Shown: positions 48,543 through 57,967 of the stretch, piece by piece
Numbering within the stretch: position 1 is the stretch's first letter
How the letters are laid out: the number at the start of each line of letters is the position of its first letter
Source of the DNA: Spirochaetia bacterium
GTDB taxonomy: Bacteria; Spirochaetota; Spirochaetia; UBA9216
NCBI GenBank assembly: GCA_965140585.1
Contig: OZ223264.1
Span: 672,001-736,000, forward strand
Length of the DNA stretch: 64,000 bases
Direction of reading: 5' to 3'
Notes under the pieces: generated by a model
What the model was told of the DNA's origin: nothing
Seen by the model: the letters and a program-made list of their open reading frames with translations, nothing else
The model's database searches: none
Program-made: the position numbers and the translations under genes

Positions 48543-49994
48543 ATGGAACAATACGGAGGTCTTATGTTTATAAACGGAAAATGGACTGATGCAGTAAGCG
48601 GTGCGGTCTTTACATCATATAACCCGGCTACCGGCGAGGCTGTTGCTGAGATTCCCGATGGAGGCAGTGCCGATACTCTTGCAGCTGTTAATGCTGCCGA
48701 TGCTGCTTTTAAAACCTGGTCCGGGACGACAGCCTATGAAAAATCAAAATATCTCTATCGGATTTATGAACTGATGACGGATAAGAAGACTGAGCTGGCC
48801 CGGACAATGACCATTGAACAGGGAAAACCATTGAAGGCTTCTGTAAATGAAGTGCAGTATGCGGCGGATTTCATGCTCTGGTATGCAGAAGAGGTTAAGC
48901 GCGTCTACGGACGGACGATCCCGGCACCCCGAGCGGACCAGCGCTTTATGACCGGCTATCAGCCTGTCGGTGTTACCGCAGCAATCACTCCGTGGAATTA
49001 TCCGATGTCAATGATTACAAGAAAGGCCGCTCCGGCAATTGCAGCAGGATGTACTATGGTAGTGAAACCCGCAGAGGCAACACCTCTGTGTGCGGTTGAA
49101 ATGTTTAAAATATTTGAGGAAGCGGAACTTCCGCCGGGAGTATTGAATCTCGTTACCGGTATGAACCCGGGGCCAATAGGAGATGTTCTTATTGATGATC
49201 CGAGGGTCCGTAAAATAACCTTCACCGGTTCAACTGATGTGGGAAAGATGATTGCAGGACGTGCAGCAGCGCAGATGAAACGCACCTCATTTGAGCTTGG
49301 GGGGCATGCCCCGTTTATTGTCTGCAGGGATGCCGACCCGGTTCAGGCTGCAAAGGGTGCTGTTCTTGTCAAATTCCTCAATACCGGGCAGGCCTGTATC
49401 AGTCCGAACCGGTTTTATGTCCATAAAGATCAGATGGATGCCTTTGTAAACGAATTTACCGAAAGAGTTCAGAAAATGAAGGCCGGTAACGGACTTGATG
49501 AGGGAATAAGTATCGGCCCGCTTGTTAATGGCAGGGCTGTTACAAAGGTTGGAAATCAGGTTAAAGATGCTGTATTAAAGGGCGCCGAATGCCTTACAGG
49601 AGGTTCAAGACTGACAGCGGACGGTCTTGATAAGGGCTTCTTCTTTGCCCCTACAGTGTTAAAGGGCGTTAGCCCCGATATGCTTATCTACCGTGAGGAG
49701 ACTTTTGGGCCGGTGGCTCCGATAATTGAATATTCAGATGATGCCGATCTGATGGCTATGGCTAATGATACCGATTACGGACTTGCCTCATATGTCTACA
49801 CTCAGAATCTCAATACCGCAATGAAGCACTTTGAACAGCTTCGTTTCGGTATAATCGGAGTAAATGATATCAATCCTACAGCTGTAGCAGTCCCGTTCGG
49901 AGGTGTCAAAGAGAGCGGTCTGGGTAGGGAAGGAGGCCCGGAAGGCATTCTGGAATACCTTGATTTGAAGATCGGGGGCTTCAGTCTGAGGTGA
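48543..49994 (+). CDS. gabD: NAD(P)-dependent succinate-semialdehyde dehydrogenase
   Basis: ITPWNYP, KPAEATP, FTGST, ELGGHAP, GQACI, EETFGP, PFGGVKESG.GREG. Confidence 0.85.
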   Translation: MEQYGGLMFINGKWTDAVSGAVFTSYNPATGEAVAEIPDGGSADTLAAVNAADAAFKTWSGTTAYEKSKYLYRIYELMTDKKTELARTMTIEQGKPLKASVNEVQYAADFMLWYAEEVKRVYGRTIPAPRADQRFMTGYQPVGVTAAITPWNYPMSMITRKAAPAIAAGCTMVVKPAEATPLCAVEMFKIFEEAELPPGVLNLVTGMNPGPIGDVLIDDPRVRKITFTGSTDVGKMIAGRAAAQMKRTSFELGGHAPFIVCRDADPVQAAKGAVLVKFLNTGQACISPNRFYVHKDQMDAFVNEFTERVQKMKAGNGLDEGISIGPLVNGRAVTKVGNQVKDAVLKGAECLTGGSRLTADGLDKGFFFAPTVLKGVSPDMLIYREETFGPVAPIIEYSDDADLMAMANDTDYGLASYVYTQNLNTAMKHFEQLRFGIIGVNDINPTAVAVPFGGVKESGLGREGGPEGILEYLDLKIGGFSLR

Positions 49995-50060
49995 CGAAAC
50001 CTGATTTTTTAATATCAGTTTTTAATTTCCGGGTAAAAAGACAGAACCCGTTCGATGAAG

Positions 50061-50084
50061 TATATTGATAAATTTATCGATATA
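50061..50084. promoter_or_regulatory. 24-bp near-perfect palindrome upstream of the oxidoreductase pseudogene
   Basis: TATATTGATAAATTTATCGATATA (one mismatched pair). Confidence 0.45.
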
Positions 50085-50110
50085 TCGTGTTTCATTTCCC
50101 GCGGAATACT

Positions 50111-51092
50111 ATGAAACGAAAATATCCCAACTTAAGCAAGCCTGTTCAAAATCGGTAATGTAGTCTTCCTCAATAGAATGTTCTCTGCCCATACTGCCGA
50201 TTCTATCAGACGCCACGGAGCAGTCCCGAGTATTGGTCTTTCACATTCGGGGCAGTATTCGGGAACCTGCATGGCGGACAAAGACAGCAAGCTAATGCTT
50301 CATGGCGGGCATGACTGACTAATAAGCCAGTTTTTCTCTCCGTTTTTCAACCGCAGAAAAGATGAATACGGCGGAACTTTTGAAAACAGGGTCCGGTTTG
50401 CAAAGGAGGTTCTTGCAAGTGTGAGGGCCAATGTAGGTCCGGTGTTTCCGATAGCGTTCCGGTTCAGCGGGTACATATCAAACCGGTTTCGGAATAACTC
50501 ATCTTTCAATGTTTATTCCGTATGGTAATAACCTATATCTTGCAGCTGCAATCAAGAAACATGTTAAGGTTCCGGTAGCGACTATCGGAGTTCTCAACGA
50601 TCCCGAGATGATGGAAGAGATTATAGCCTCAGGGAAGGCTGTTGTCGTTGAAATTACGATAGCCCTGCTTGTTGATCATGAGCTTCCGAGAAAGGTGCTT
50701 ATGAATCGTGATGATGAAATTCTTCACTGTCTGAGGTGTTTTGTCTATATGGCTGAAAAGGCAACCACAACTACAAGGCGCTGTGCAATTAACCCCCTTA
50801 TCGGGCGTGAGATTGTCCGAATTGAGATTCACCGAGCCATCCATCCTCTCAATGTTATGATTGACGCTGCCGGCCCCGGGGGGCTTAGAGCTGCTATTAC
50901 TGCTGCACGACGCGGTCACAGGGTAATTCCTGTTGAAGGCAAGACTGTTATTTGTGCGGTAGGGCAGAAGTCGAGAAATACTATGGATTATCTTGATGCA
51001 GCTCCTTTTGTTCGTTGTATCGGCGACTGTGTAAGGTCGTCAAATTAACCAACGCTGTATATCTTGGATACCACGCTGCTCTGGATCTATAA
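50111..51092 (+). pseudogene. Degraded NADH:flavin oxidoreductase (OYE-like FMN TIM barrel plus FAD/Fe-S domain)
   Basis: Fragments in the expected order: MKRKYPNLSKP / KIGNVVF.NRMFSA (frameshift), HGAVPSIGLSHSG, HGGHD*LISQFFSPFFNRRKDEYGG.FENRVRF (TGA at 50316), CLRCF..RCAINP, GPGGL.AA..AARRGH, IGDC, NAVYLGYHAALDL*. About half the usual length. Confidence 0.85.
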
Positions 51093-51126
51093 ATCAGTAT
51101 AATACCGGTGATAATAATCCGGGCAC

Positions 51127-51166
51127 AAAAAAAGCCTGCCGGAGGTTTATGCTCCAACAGGCTTTT
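51127..51166. terminator. Bidirectional Rho-independent terminator
   Basis: AAAAAAAGCCTG...CAGGCTTTT between convergent genes. Confidence 0.7.
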
Positions 51167-51206
51167 GGTTTTTAATGCATACGGTCGGGTTTACCGTCTT
51201 ATCTGT

Positions 51207-52001
51207 CTAAAGTGAATATTCAGGATTGGCAATCGGAGCCATTTCCCGGTTGTATTTAAGGATTTTTTCGTAGTATTCCTCGGTTATGAATACCGGTTCA
51301 TATTCTTCATCGTATCTTTCAAGCTGTGCCGTGAATGATCTCATATGATTTCTTGAACCCTTCATCAGGTTTTGGTACAGAATTGCCACTTCTTCGTTCT
51401 CTGTGTTCTCAAGAAGTTTCTGCAGGTCGGCAATATCAAGATCTTCTATAGTAGCGCCTACCTTCATGGCGTCTTCATATGATTTTGAACCGAGTGATAC
51501 AAGGTTGTCATAGTGCTTCTGAAGCTCGGCATTCAGGAATGTTCCCGGGGTTGATGTTGTTGAGGGTACTTCTATATCATACGCTTCAAGCATCATGACT
51601 ACTGCATCCATATGCTGCTGTTCACTGTCTCCTATATTGTTGAAAACCGGCATATTCCATACTTCATAAAGGGCTTTGTAAACATCACGGGCAAGTTTTT
51701 CTTCTTCAGCCATCAGCACCAGGCCTGCTGCCTCTTCTTCTGTCAGGACGCCTGAACCGATATTTTCATTATATACAGTAGCCAGTTCGCCAACGAAGTT
51801 TTCCCTGTAGGTAGTTCCGCTGCTGCGTCCGTAGCCGCCGCCACCGCCCTGACCGCCGCCATAGCCGCTGCCGTCTCTGAGCCCCTGGCCCTGTCCTCTT
51901 CCGCCGCCGTATGTTCCATCGTATTCTTGTGAACCGTTAGCGTAAATAGTTGCAGTAGCTGCAACCAGAATTGTTAATGCAATTAAAAGTTTCTTTGTCA
52001 T
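51207..52001 (-). CDS. Secreted DUF2202 ferritin-like domain protein with Gly-rich N-terminus
   Basis: Signal peptide; GGGRGQGQG linker; MAEEEKLARDVY, SEQQH, IEDLDI, LMKGSRNHMRSF. Confidence 0.88.
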   Translation of the reverse strand: MTKKLLIALTILVAATATIYANGSQEYDGTYGGGRGQGQGLRDGSGYGGGQGGGGGYGRSSGTTYRENFVGELATVYNENIGSGVLTEEEAAGLVLMAEEEKLARDVYKALYEVWNMPVFNNIGDSEQQHMDAVVMMLEAYDIEVPSTTSTPGTFLNAELQKHYDNLVSLGSKSYEDAMKVGATIEDLDIADLQKLLENTENEEVAILYQNLMKGSRNHMRSFTAQLERYDEEYEPVFITEEYYEKILKYNREMAPIANPEYSL

Positions 52002-52043
52002 ATCATAGCCTCCTAAAGCTTATGAAACAAATGTAGAATCCAA

Positions 52044-52118
52044 TTTTGAAGAAATTGTGAAGCTGTTTAAAAGAGATCGGGGAGAATGAAAAAAAGGCTC
52101 TTCACGAAATCTTCACAA
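52044..52118. promoter_or_regulatory. Two oppositely oriented direct-repeat boxes, probable OmpR-family binding sites
   Basis: Minus strand CTTCACAATTTCTTCAAAA (52044-52062, faces DUF2202) and plus strand CTTCACGAAATCTTCACAA (52100-52118, faces the 4Fe-4S gene); 11-bp repeat period. Confidence 0.65.
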
Positions 52119-52191
52119 TAAACTTCCGTTTCTTTTGCATTCTGAAACTATCCTGTTTACAATTGAATCATTAAAGAACAGGAGATTTAAT

Positions 52192-53781
52192 ATGGGAAAG
52201 AAACGCAGAAGCAGTATAAGAACTGTAATTCAGGTTGTATTACTTGTTTTAATAGCACTTATTGCTGTTAACCACACACTGGAGGAATCCGGAGCCGCCA
52301 TACCGATAATAGGAAGTGCTTCTCTTCATGCTGTGTGTCCTTTTGGTGGAGTTGTCTCCATATACCAGTATGCTGTGAGCGGAACATTTGTGAAGAAAAC
52401 TCACGAGTCATCTTTTATATTGATGATTATTGTCGCAGTGCTTGCAGTCGCCTTTGGTCCGGTATTCTGCGGATGGATATGTCCCTTCGGTACCGTTCAG
52501 GAACTTATTGGAAAAATCGGGAAAAAGATTTTTAAAAAGAAGTATAACCGTTTTATTCCATATAAGTTTGACAAATGGCTTCGGTATCTGCGCTATATTG
52601 TACTTGCCTGGGTTATCTACATGACTGCGGTAACAGGCAAGATAATTTTTGCAGACTACGATCCCTACTATGCTCTTTTCAACTTCTGGACGGGAGAAGT
52701 GGCGATAAGCGGATATATAATACTTGCTGTCTCTATTATCCTTTCCCTCTTTGTTGAAAGACCATTCTGTAAATATGCCTGTCCCTATGGTGCAGTTCTG
52801 GGTCTTTCAAATCTGTTCCGTATATTCGGAATCAAACGTGCTGCGGACACCTGCATAAGCTGCAGTGCCTGTGATAAAGCCTGTCCGATGAATATCGAAG
52901 TATCAACAGCTGGAACAGTCAGAAATCATCAGTGTATCAGCTGCATGAAATGTTCAAGTGAACAGGCCTGTCCTGTGAATGATACAGTTGCTCTTGTCGC
53001 GACAAAGAATGTTACTAAAGGTCAGGTTAAGGAAAAAATCCTTGCAATTGTTATTCCGGCAGCCTTTATAGTTGGAATCGGTCTGACCATGGCGACAAAT
53101 CTATGGATAACAGAATCTACAAAGACTCCCGCTACTTATTCAGACGGTGAATTTTCGGGTGAGTACAATCCTGCTGATATCCGCGGTTCCTACTCCTTCG
53201 GTGATATTGAAGACACCTTTGGTATAGATGTAGATATTCTTGCAAGGGCTTTCGGAGTATCGGATTCAAATCCTGCAGCCTTCCAGATTAAACTTTTTGA
53301 AGAAATCTATGTTCCCCTTGAAGACGGTTCTGAGGTCGGGACTGATTCTGTAAGACTATTTGTTTCCCGTTATAAGGGGCTTCCGTATACACCTGAAGAA
53401 ACCACAAGACTTCCCTCATCGGCAATTGAAGTTCTGAAAGATAAGCTTGCCCCTGCCGACATTGAAGCGCTTCAGGCACTGTCAATTGAACTTGATGTAT
53501 TGAAGGCTTCTCCGGAATCAGGGGAAGCTGCGACAGACTCCTCAGAGGTTTCTTCAGAACCGGCTGCAGCTGAAGAGCATGAAGTTATTTCAGGCGAGAT
53601 TAAAGGAAATACTACTTTCGGAGATCTGCTCGACTGGGGATTGACTAAAGAGCAGATTGAGTCAGTTCTTGGAATGAAGATGGGCGCAGCGGGCGTAACA
53701 ATCCGTGATTTTCTTTCCGCCGAAGGCCTCGAATTTTCTGAATATAAGGTTGAACTTCAGGCAATGCTTGATAATATGTAA
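52192..53781 (+). CDS. NapH/MauN-like 4Fe-4S-binding membrane protein with extracytoplasmic C-terminal domain
   Basis: AVCPFGG, FCGWICPFG, FCKYACPYG, CISCSACDKACP, CISCMKC; AGGAG SD before ATG 52192. Confidence 0.85.
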   Translation: MGKKRRSSIRTVIQVVLLVLIALIAVNHTLEESGAAIPIIGSASLHAVCPFGGVVSIYQYAVSGTFVKKTHESSFILMIIVAVLAVAFGPVFCGWICPFGTVQELIGKIGKKIFKKKYNRFIPYKFDKWLRYLRYIVLAWVIYMTAVTGKIIFADYDPYYALFNFWTGEVAISGYIILAVSIILSLFVERPFCKYACPYGAVLGLSNLFRIFGIKRAADTCISCSACDKACPMNIEVSTAGTVRNHQCISCMKCSSEQACPVNDTVALVATKNVTKGQVKEKILAIVIPAAFIVGIGLTMATNLWITESTKTPATYSDGEFSGEYNPADIRGSYSFGDIEDTFGIDVDILARAFGVSDSNPAAFQIKLFEEIYVPLEDGSEVGTDSVRLFVSRYKGLPYTPEETTRLPSSAIEVLKDKLAPADIEALQALSIELDVLKASPESGEAATDSSEVSSEPAAAEEHEVISGEIKGNTTFGDLLDWGLTKEQIESVLGMKMGAAGVTIRDFLSAEGLEFSEYKVELQAMLDNM

Positions 53782-54483
53782 GTGATGGGAAAAATATTAC
53801 TTGTTGAAGATAATGAAAATGTGCGTGAAGCCGCAGCCGGCTATCTGAAACTCGAAGGCTATGAGGTCGAAGAGTACGGCGCAATAAAACCGGCGGAGAA
53901 GTCTCTGGACTCTCCCGCCGGAGCGGCTCCTGATTTAATTCTGCTTGATGTAATGCTCCCTGATGGAGACGGCTTTCTCTTTGCAAAGCGCATAAAGGAA
54001 AAGCGGGACATTCCCATAATCTTTCTTACAGCACGTGATCAGGAATCGGATCGTATAACCGGACTTGAGCTTGGAGCTGATGACTATGTGGTAAAGCCGT
54101 TTTCAACCAAAGAGCTGGTTCTCAGGGTGAAAGCTGTCCTAAAACGCAGCGGCGGTGCATCGTCCTCTGCTGATGAATCGCACAGTTATGAGCTGGATGG
54201 CGGGAAGCTTCAGATTGTAGAGGATGAACACCGCATCCTCCTTGACGGAACACCGCTCCTTTTTACGGCTGCCGAATGGAATATTCTTCTCTTTCTGGCC
54301 GAAAAATCCCCGCAGGTGTTTAACAGGGTGCAGCTTCTTGAGTACTGTCTCAACTCGGTAGCTGAGGGGTCCGAGAGGACTATCGATACCCATGTAAAGA
54401 ATATCAGGGCTAAACTGGGGGACGGCGGCTGGATTGAAACAGTACGCGGTTTCGGGTTCCGGTTTAACGGCAGGAGAGCATGA
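53782..54483 (+). CDS. OmpR-family response regulator
   Basis: LLVEDN, LLDVMLP, FLTAR, GADDY..KPF, RTIDTHVKNIR, ETVRGFG. Confidence 0.95.
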   Translation: MMGKILLVEDNENVREAAAGYLKLEGYEVEEYGAIKPAEKSLDSPAGAAPDLILLDVMLPDGDGFLFAKRIKEKRDIPIIFLTARDQESDRITGLELGADDYVVKPFSTKELVLRVKAVLKRSGGASSSADESHSYELDGGKLQIVEDEHRILLDGTPLLFTAAEWNILLFLAEKSPQVFNRVQLLEYCLNSVAEGSERTIDTHVKNIRAKLGDGGWIETVRGFGFRFNGRRA

Positions 54484-55760
54484 CCAGTTTTTTTTCCTGG
54501 ATACTCAAGCGGTTCATGATTGCATTTGCAGTTCTTTTTGCAACCCAGATTATAATCTATATCCTCGGTTTGAATCTGGTTCTTTCGAGATATGAAAAGG
54601 CCCGCGTAGAGCAGTACCGTACAATAGCTTATGAAATACTAAGCGGCTCGATTCCGGAAGCCGAAATTGAGCTTCCAGGGACAAACCCGTTTTTTGTATT
54701 TTCTACCGACAAGGACCTGATTTTTTCAAACCGCGGTAAGGGGCGGTCTATATTGACCGGTGATATAAGTCCGGTTTATGCAGACGGCGCCCTGCTGGGG
54801 TATTTTCATGCAGGGGAATTAGGCTTTGCCGACAATCAGTCAAACCGCATCTTTCTGGTATCGCTTATATTTCTTACAAGCCTTTCCGTGGTGATTTCGC
54901 TTGTGATAGGTTTTTTTGCCGCCTGGTTAAGTTCCCGGAAGATGTCTGAACCGGTCGGGATTCTGCGGCATGATATTCATGACATAAGATCTCTTAAAAT
55001 AGTGCCTGCCCGGAAGTTTGATATCAGCGAGTTTGCCGAGATGTCTGTTGATACATCTGAAACCTCCGAAGTTCTGTTCAGGCAGGAAGACTACAAGCGG
55101 CAGTGGCTGAGAGATTTGTCTCATGACCTGCGGACTCCTCTTGCAGGGCTTAAGTCACAGCTTGAGGCTATGATTGACGGAGTTCTTGAGCCGACTAGTG
55201 AGAGATTCGAAAGACATCTTTCAGAGGTTAAACGGCTTGAGTCTCTAGCTGAATCGATAGGTGAGCTCACGGCTATTGAATCACGCGGTAATATTGATAA
55301 GACAGAAATTGACATCAATAAATTTGTCTCACAGCTGATAACACCTCATGAAATAGAAGCAGAAAGCCGGGGTATTACAATAGAAAAAAATGTCACTGCC
55401 GGAAATTTGTATGGTGATCAGCCTCTGCTTCTCAGAGCTGTCGGCAATATTCTATCAAATGCAGTCAAATTTGTTGATGACGGCGGAAACATCCGTATAA
55501 GTGCCGGCCCCGGAATGATAGAAATTTCGAATAACGGCCCGGAAATTCCGGCACAGCAGCGTGAGTTGATTTTTACAAGGCTTTACCGGGGCGACTCCGG
55601 CCGTACAGCACCCGGCAGCGGTCTGGGGCTTTCCATTACAAGAGAAATAATCAACCTTCACGGAGGTGAGATAAGAGTCTCATCTCTGACTGAGGATGAT
55701 GAACCTGCAAGAGGTGCTGTTTTTACTCTATTCCTTCCCGAAGCTAAGGCTGAGGCATAA
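54480..55760 (+). CDS. Membrane sensor histidine kinase (BaeS-like)
   Basis: Two TM helices, SHDLRTPL, NILSNAVK, NNGPEI, GSGLGL. Confidence 0.93.
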   Translation: MTSFFSWILKRFMIAFAVLFATQIIIYILGLNLVLSRYEKARVEQYRTIAYEILSGSIPEAEIELPGTNPFFVFSTDKDLIFSNRGKGRSILTGDISPVYADGALLGYFHAGELGFADNQSNRIFLVSLIFLTSLSVVISLVIGFFAAWLSSRKMSEPVGILRHDIHDIRSLKIVPARKFDISEFAEMSVDTSETSEVLFRQEDYKRQWLRDLSHDLRTPLAGLKSQLEAMIDGVLEPTSERFERHLSEVKRLESLAESIGELTAIESRGNIDKTEIDINKFVSQLITPHEIEAESRGITIEKNVTAGNLYGDQPLLLRAVGNILSNAVKFVDDGGNIRISAGPGMIEISNNGPEIPAQQRELIFTRLYRGDSGRTAPGSGLGLSITREIINLHGGEIRVSSLTEDDEPARGAVFTLFLPEAKAEA

Positions 55761-55837
55761 GTAAATCAAGCTTGACTACAGCTTTATAAACGTGTTATTT
55801 TAGTCCAAATCTATTAATATCGAGGAAGGTTCAGCTG

Positions 55838-56188
55838 ATGAATATTATTACGGGCGGCATGCCCATAATGCAGCTTTTCGGTGGCTCCGGCGGAAGCGGT
55901 GGGTCAATGGCAACTACCTTTGTTACCTTCGGTCTTGTTATTGCGATCTTTTATTTTCTGATTATCAGACCGCAGAACAAGAAGCAGAAAGAAACAAAGA
56001 AAATGCTTGCAGCCATTAAAAAGGGTGACAAGGTTCAGAGTATCGGTGGTATTCGTGGTGTGGTTCACAATGTGAATGATACCGACAATACAGTTGTCGT
56101 AAAGGTTGATGACAATACAAAACTTGAATTTGCTAAAAGCGCCATTGGCGAAGTTATTGAAGTAAGCGAAGTAAGTACAAAGAATTAA
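55838..56188 (+). CDS. yajC: Preprotein translocase subunit YajC
   Basis: FYFLIIRPQNKKQKE, KGDKV..IGGI.G.V, KSAI. Confidence 0.95.
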   Translation: MNIITGGMPIMQLFGGSGGSGGSMATTFVTFGLVIAIFYFLIIRPQNKKQKETKKMLAAIKKGDKVQSIGGIRGVVHNVNDTDNTVVVKVDDNTKLEFAKSAIGEVIEVSEVSTKN

Positions 56189-56239
56189 CCATTCAAACTG
56201 TTTTCTAAACAAAATTTAATCCACAATCGGAGTTAATTA

Positions 56240-57967
56240 ATGAGCAAACGAGGCAGATTGTTGATCGTTATTCTGGTTGTGCTGGTGTGCGGAGTCTTCC
56301 TGTGGCCTACCTATAATTGGTATTTTAATGTTCCACAGGAGATGAAAGATCTATCAGCAGCATCCAGAGAACAGATAAGAGAATATTCGGTAACTATGGC
56401 AGAAAATGGTCTGGAAACCCTCCAGTCACTTGCTGTCAAAGATCCGAAAGCAGCAGTTCCTGAGAAATACGACTTTATAGTCGATTATGCAAAGGAACAG
56501 TACAAAATTGAAGAGAAGGATGCACCGGATGCCTGGTCTGTAACCGATGTTCTTGGTGTATTCCGAAACAGGGATAAAGCCCTGAGTGTTCTTGAAAACT
56601 ATTATGCAGAGCTTCTGCTTGGTTACAAGGATGACAGGGACAGTGTTCTGCAGCTTGGTCTTGACCTTTCAGGCGGCATGAGCATCCTTCTTGAGGCTGA
56701 CATGGACAGCCTTGCAGAAAGGCTCGGCCATACCCCGACCGTAGATGAACAGTCATCAGCGGTTGATCAGGCTATTGAGATTCTTAACAACCGAATCGAT
56801 AAGTTCGGTGTTACTGAACCGCAGATCAGAAAGCAGGGTGATACCGGTATAGCAATTGAAATTCCCGGTGCTGCAGATCCTGACAGGGTTAATTCTTTCC
56901 TTAAGGGTAAGGGCAGCCTGAGTTTTCATATTGTAAACGATGAAGGTACAGCAGCCTGGAATGAATACAAGGCAAGCCACTCAGGCAAGCTTCTTGATGA
57001 CGCGGGACATCCTCTTGATGAAACCGTTCTTGATGCAGGTCTTGTTGTAAGAGGCTTCTATACCAAAGATTCATACGGTGTCGATCAGTATCAGAGGGAC
57101 ATGGTTATAACTGAAGAACCCGGCCTTGACGGTCTGCACATTGTAGACGCACAGGTTGGTTCTCATGCAGTTACCGGACGTCCGGTAATCAACTTCACCC
57201 TTGATAAGGAAGGCGGGGAGATTTTCTACCAGCTTACTTCCTCACATGTCGGTGAAACCCTTGCTATTGTTCTTGACGACAAGGTTAAGGCTGGAGCCAG
57301 AATCTCTGAAGCTATCAGGGAAGGCGTTCAGATGACCGGTTTTGAAAGACAGGAAGCAAATGACCTCTCACTTGTTCTTAGAACAGCGGCAATGCCGGTT
57401 GAACTTACTATAGTGAACCAGCAGGCAGTTGGTGCTTCACTTGGTGAAGACTCCATTGCTGAAGGTATCAAGGCTATAACCTACGGTTTTCTCCTTGTTA
57501 TCGTGTTCATGCTGATTTACTACAAGGGTGCCGGTCTGGTTGCCGATATAGCACTTGTTCTGAACCTTTTTATCATAACCGCTATCCTTTCAGTTCTTAA
57601 TCTTACCCTTACTCTTACAAGTATTGCCGGTTTGATTTTAACTGTCGGTATGGCAGTCGATGCGAATGTAATTATCTTTGAGCGAATCAAAGAAGAATAT
57701 GCACTGGGCAAGTCTCCTTCAGCTTCAGTTAAAGCCGGTTTTCAGAAGGCTTTCTGGACAGTTATGGATGCAAATCTTACAACGCTCATTGCGGCTCTGT
57801 TCCTTTCACAGATAGGAACCGGACCTGTTCAGGGTTTTGCTTATACACTCGCTGTAGGTATTATTTCTTCAATGTTTACCGCTCTGTTTGTGTCACGTCT
57901 GATATTTGATTTCAGTATCCAGCAACTACACTTGAAAAAGCTGAGCATCAGCTGGAGGAAAAAATGA
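56240..57967 (+). CDS. secD: Protein translocase subunit SecD
   Basis: LGLDLSGG, RIDKFGVTEP, VGASLG, GMAVDANVIIFERIKEE. Confidence 0.96.
   Translation: MSKRGRLLIVILVVLVCGVFLWPTYNWYFNVPQEMKDLSAASREQIREYSVTMAENGLETLQSLAVKDPKAAVPEKYDFIVDYAKEQYKIEEKDAPDAWSVTDVLGVFRNRDKALSVLENYYAELLLGYKDDRDSVLQLGLDLSGGMSILLEADMDSLAERLGHTPTVDEQSSAVDQAIEILNNRIDKFGVTEPQIRKQGDTGIAIEIPGAADPDRVNSFLKGKGSLSFHIVNDEGTAAWNEYKASHSGKLLDDAGHPLDETVLDAGLVVRGFYTKDSYGVDQYQRDMVITEEPGLDGLHIVDAQVGSHAVTGRPVINFTLDKEGGEIFYQLTSSHVGETLAIVLDDKVKAGARISEAIREGVQMTGFERQEANDLSLVLRTAAMPVELTIVNQQAVGASLGEDSIAEGIKAITYGFLLVIVFMLIYYKGAGLVADIALVLNLFIITAILSVLNLTLTLTSIAGLILTVGMAVDANVIIFERIKEEYALGKSPSASVKAGFQKAFWTVMDANLTTLIAALFLSQIGTGPVQGFAYTLAVGIISSMFTALFVSRLIFDFSIQQLHLKKLSISWRKK

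Noticed and set aside
50316-50318. In-frame TGA as possible selenocysteine or readthrough
   Set aside because: It sits at a Trp position in a gene that also has frameshifts and deletions, so it is a nonsense mutation.
50509-51048. 179-aa ORF as an independent gene
   Set aside because: It is an internal fragment of the oxidoreductase pseudogene and lacks most of the FMN barrel and the FAD domain.
51820-51910. GC-rich CCGCCG repeats
   Set aside because: They encode the Gly-rich linker of the DUF2202 protein and are not a DNA-level repeat element.
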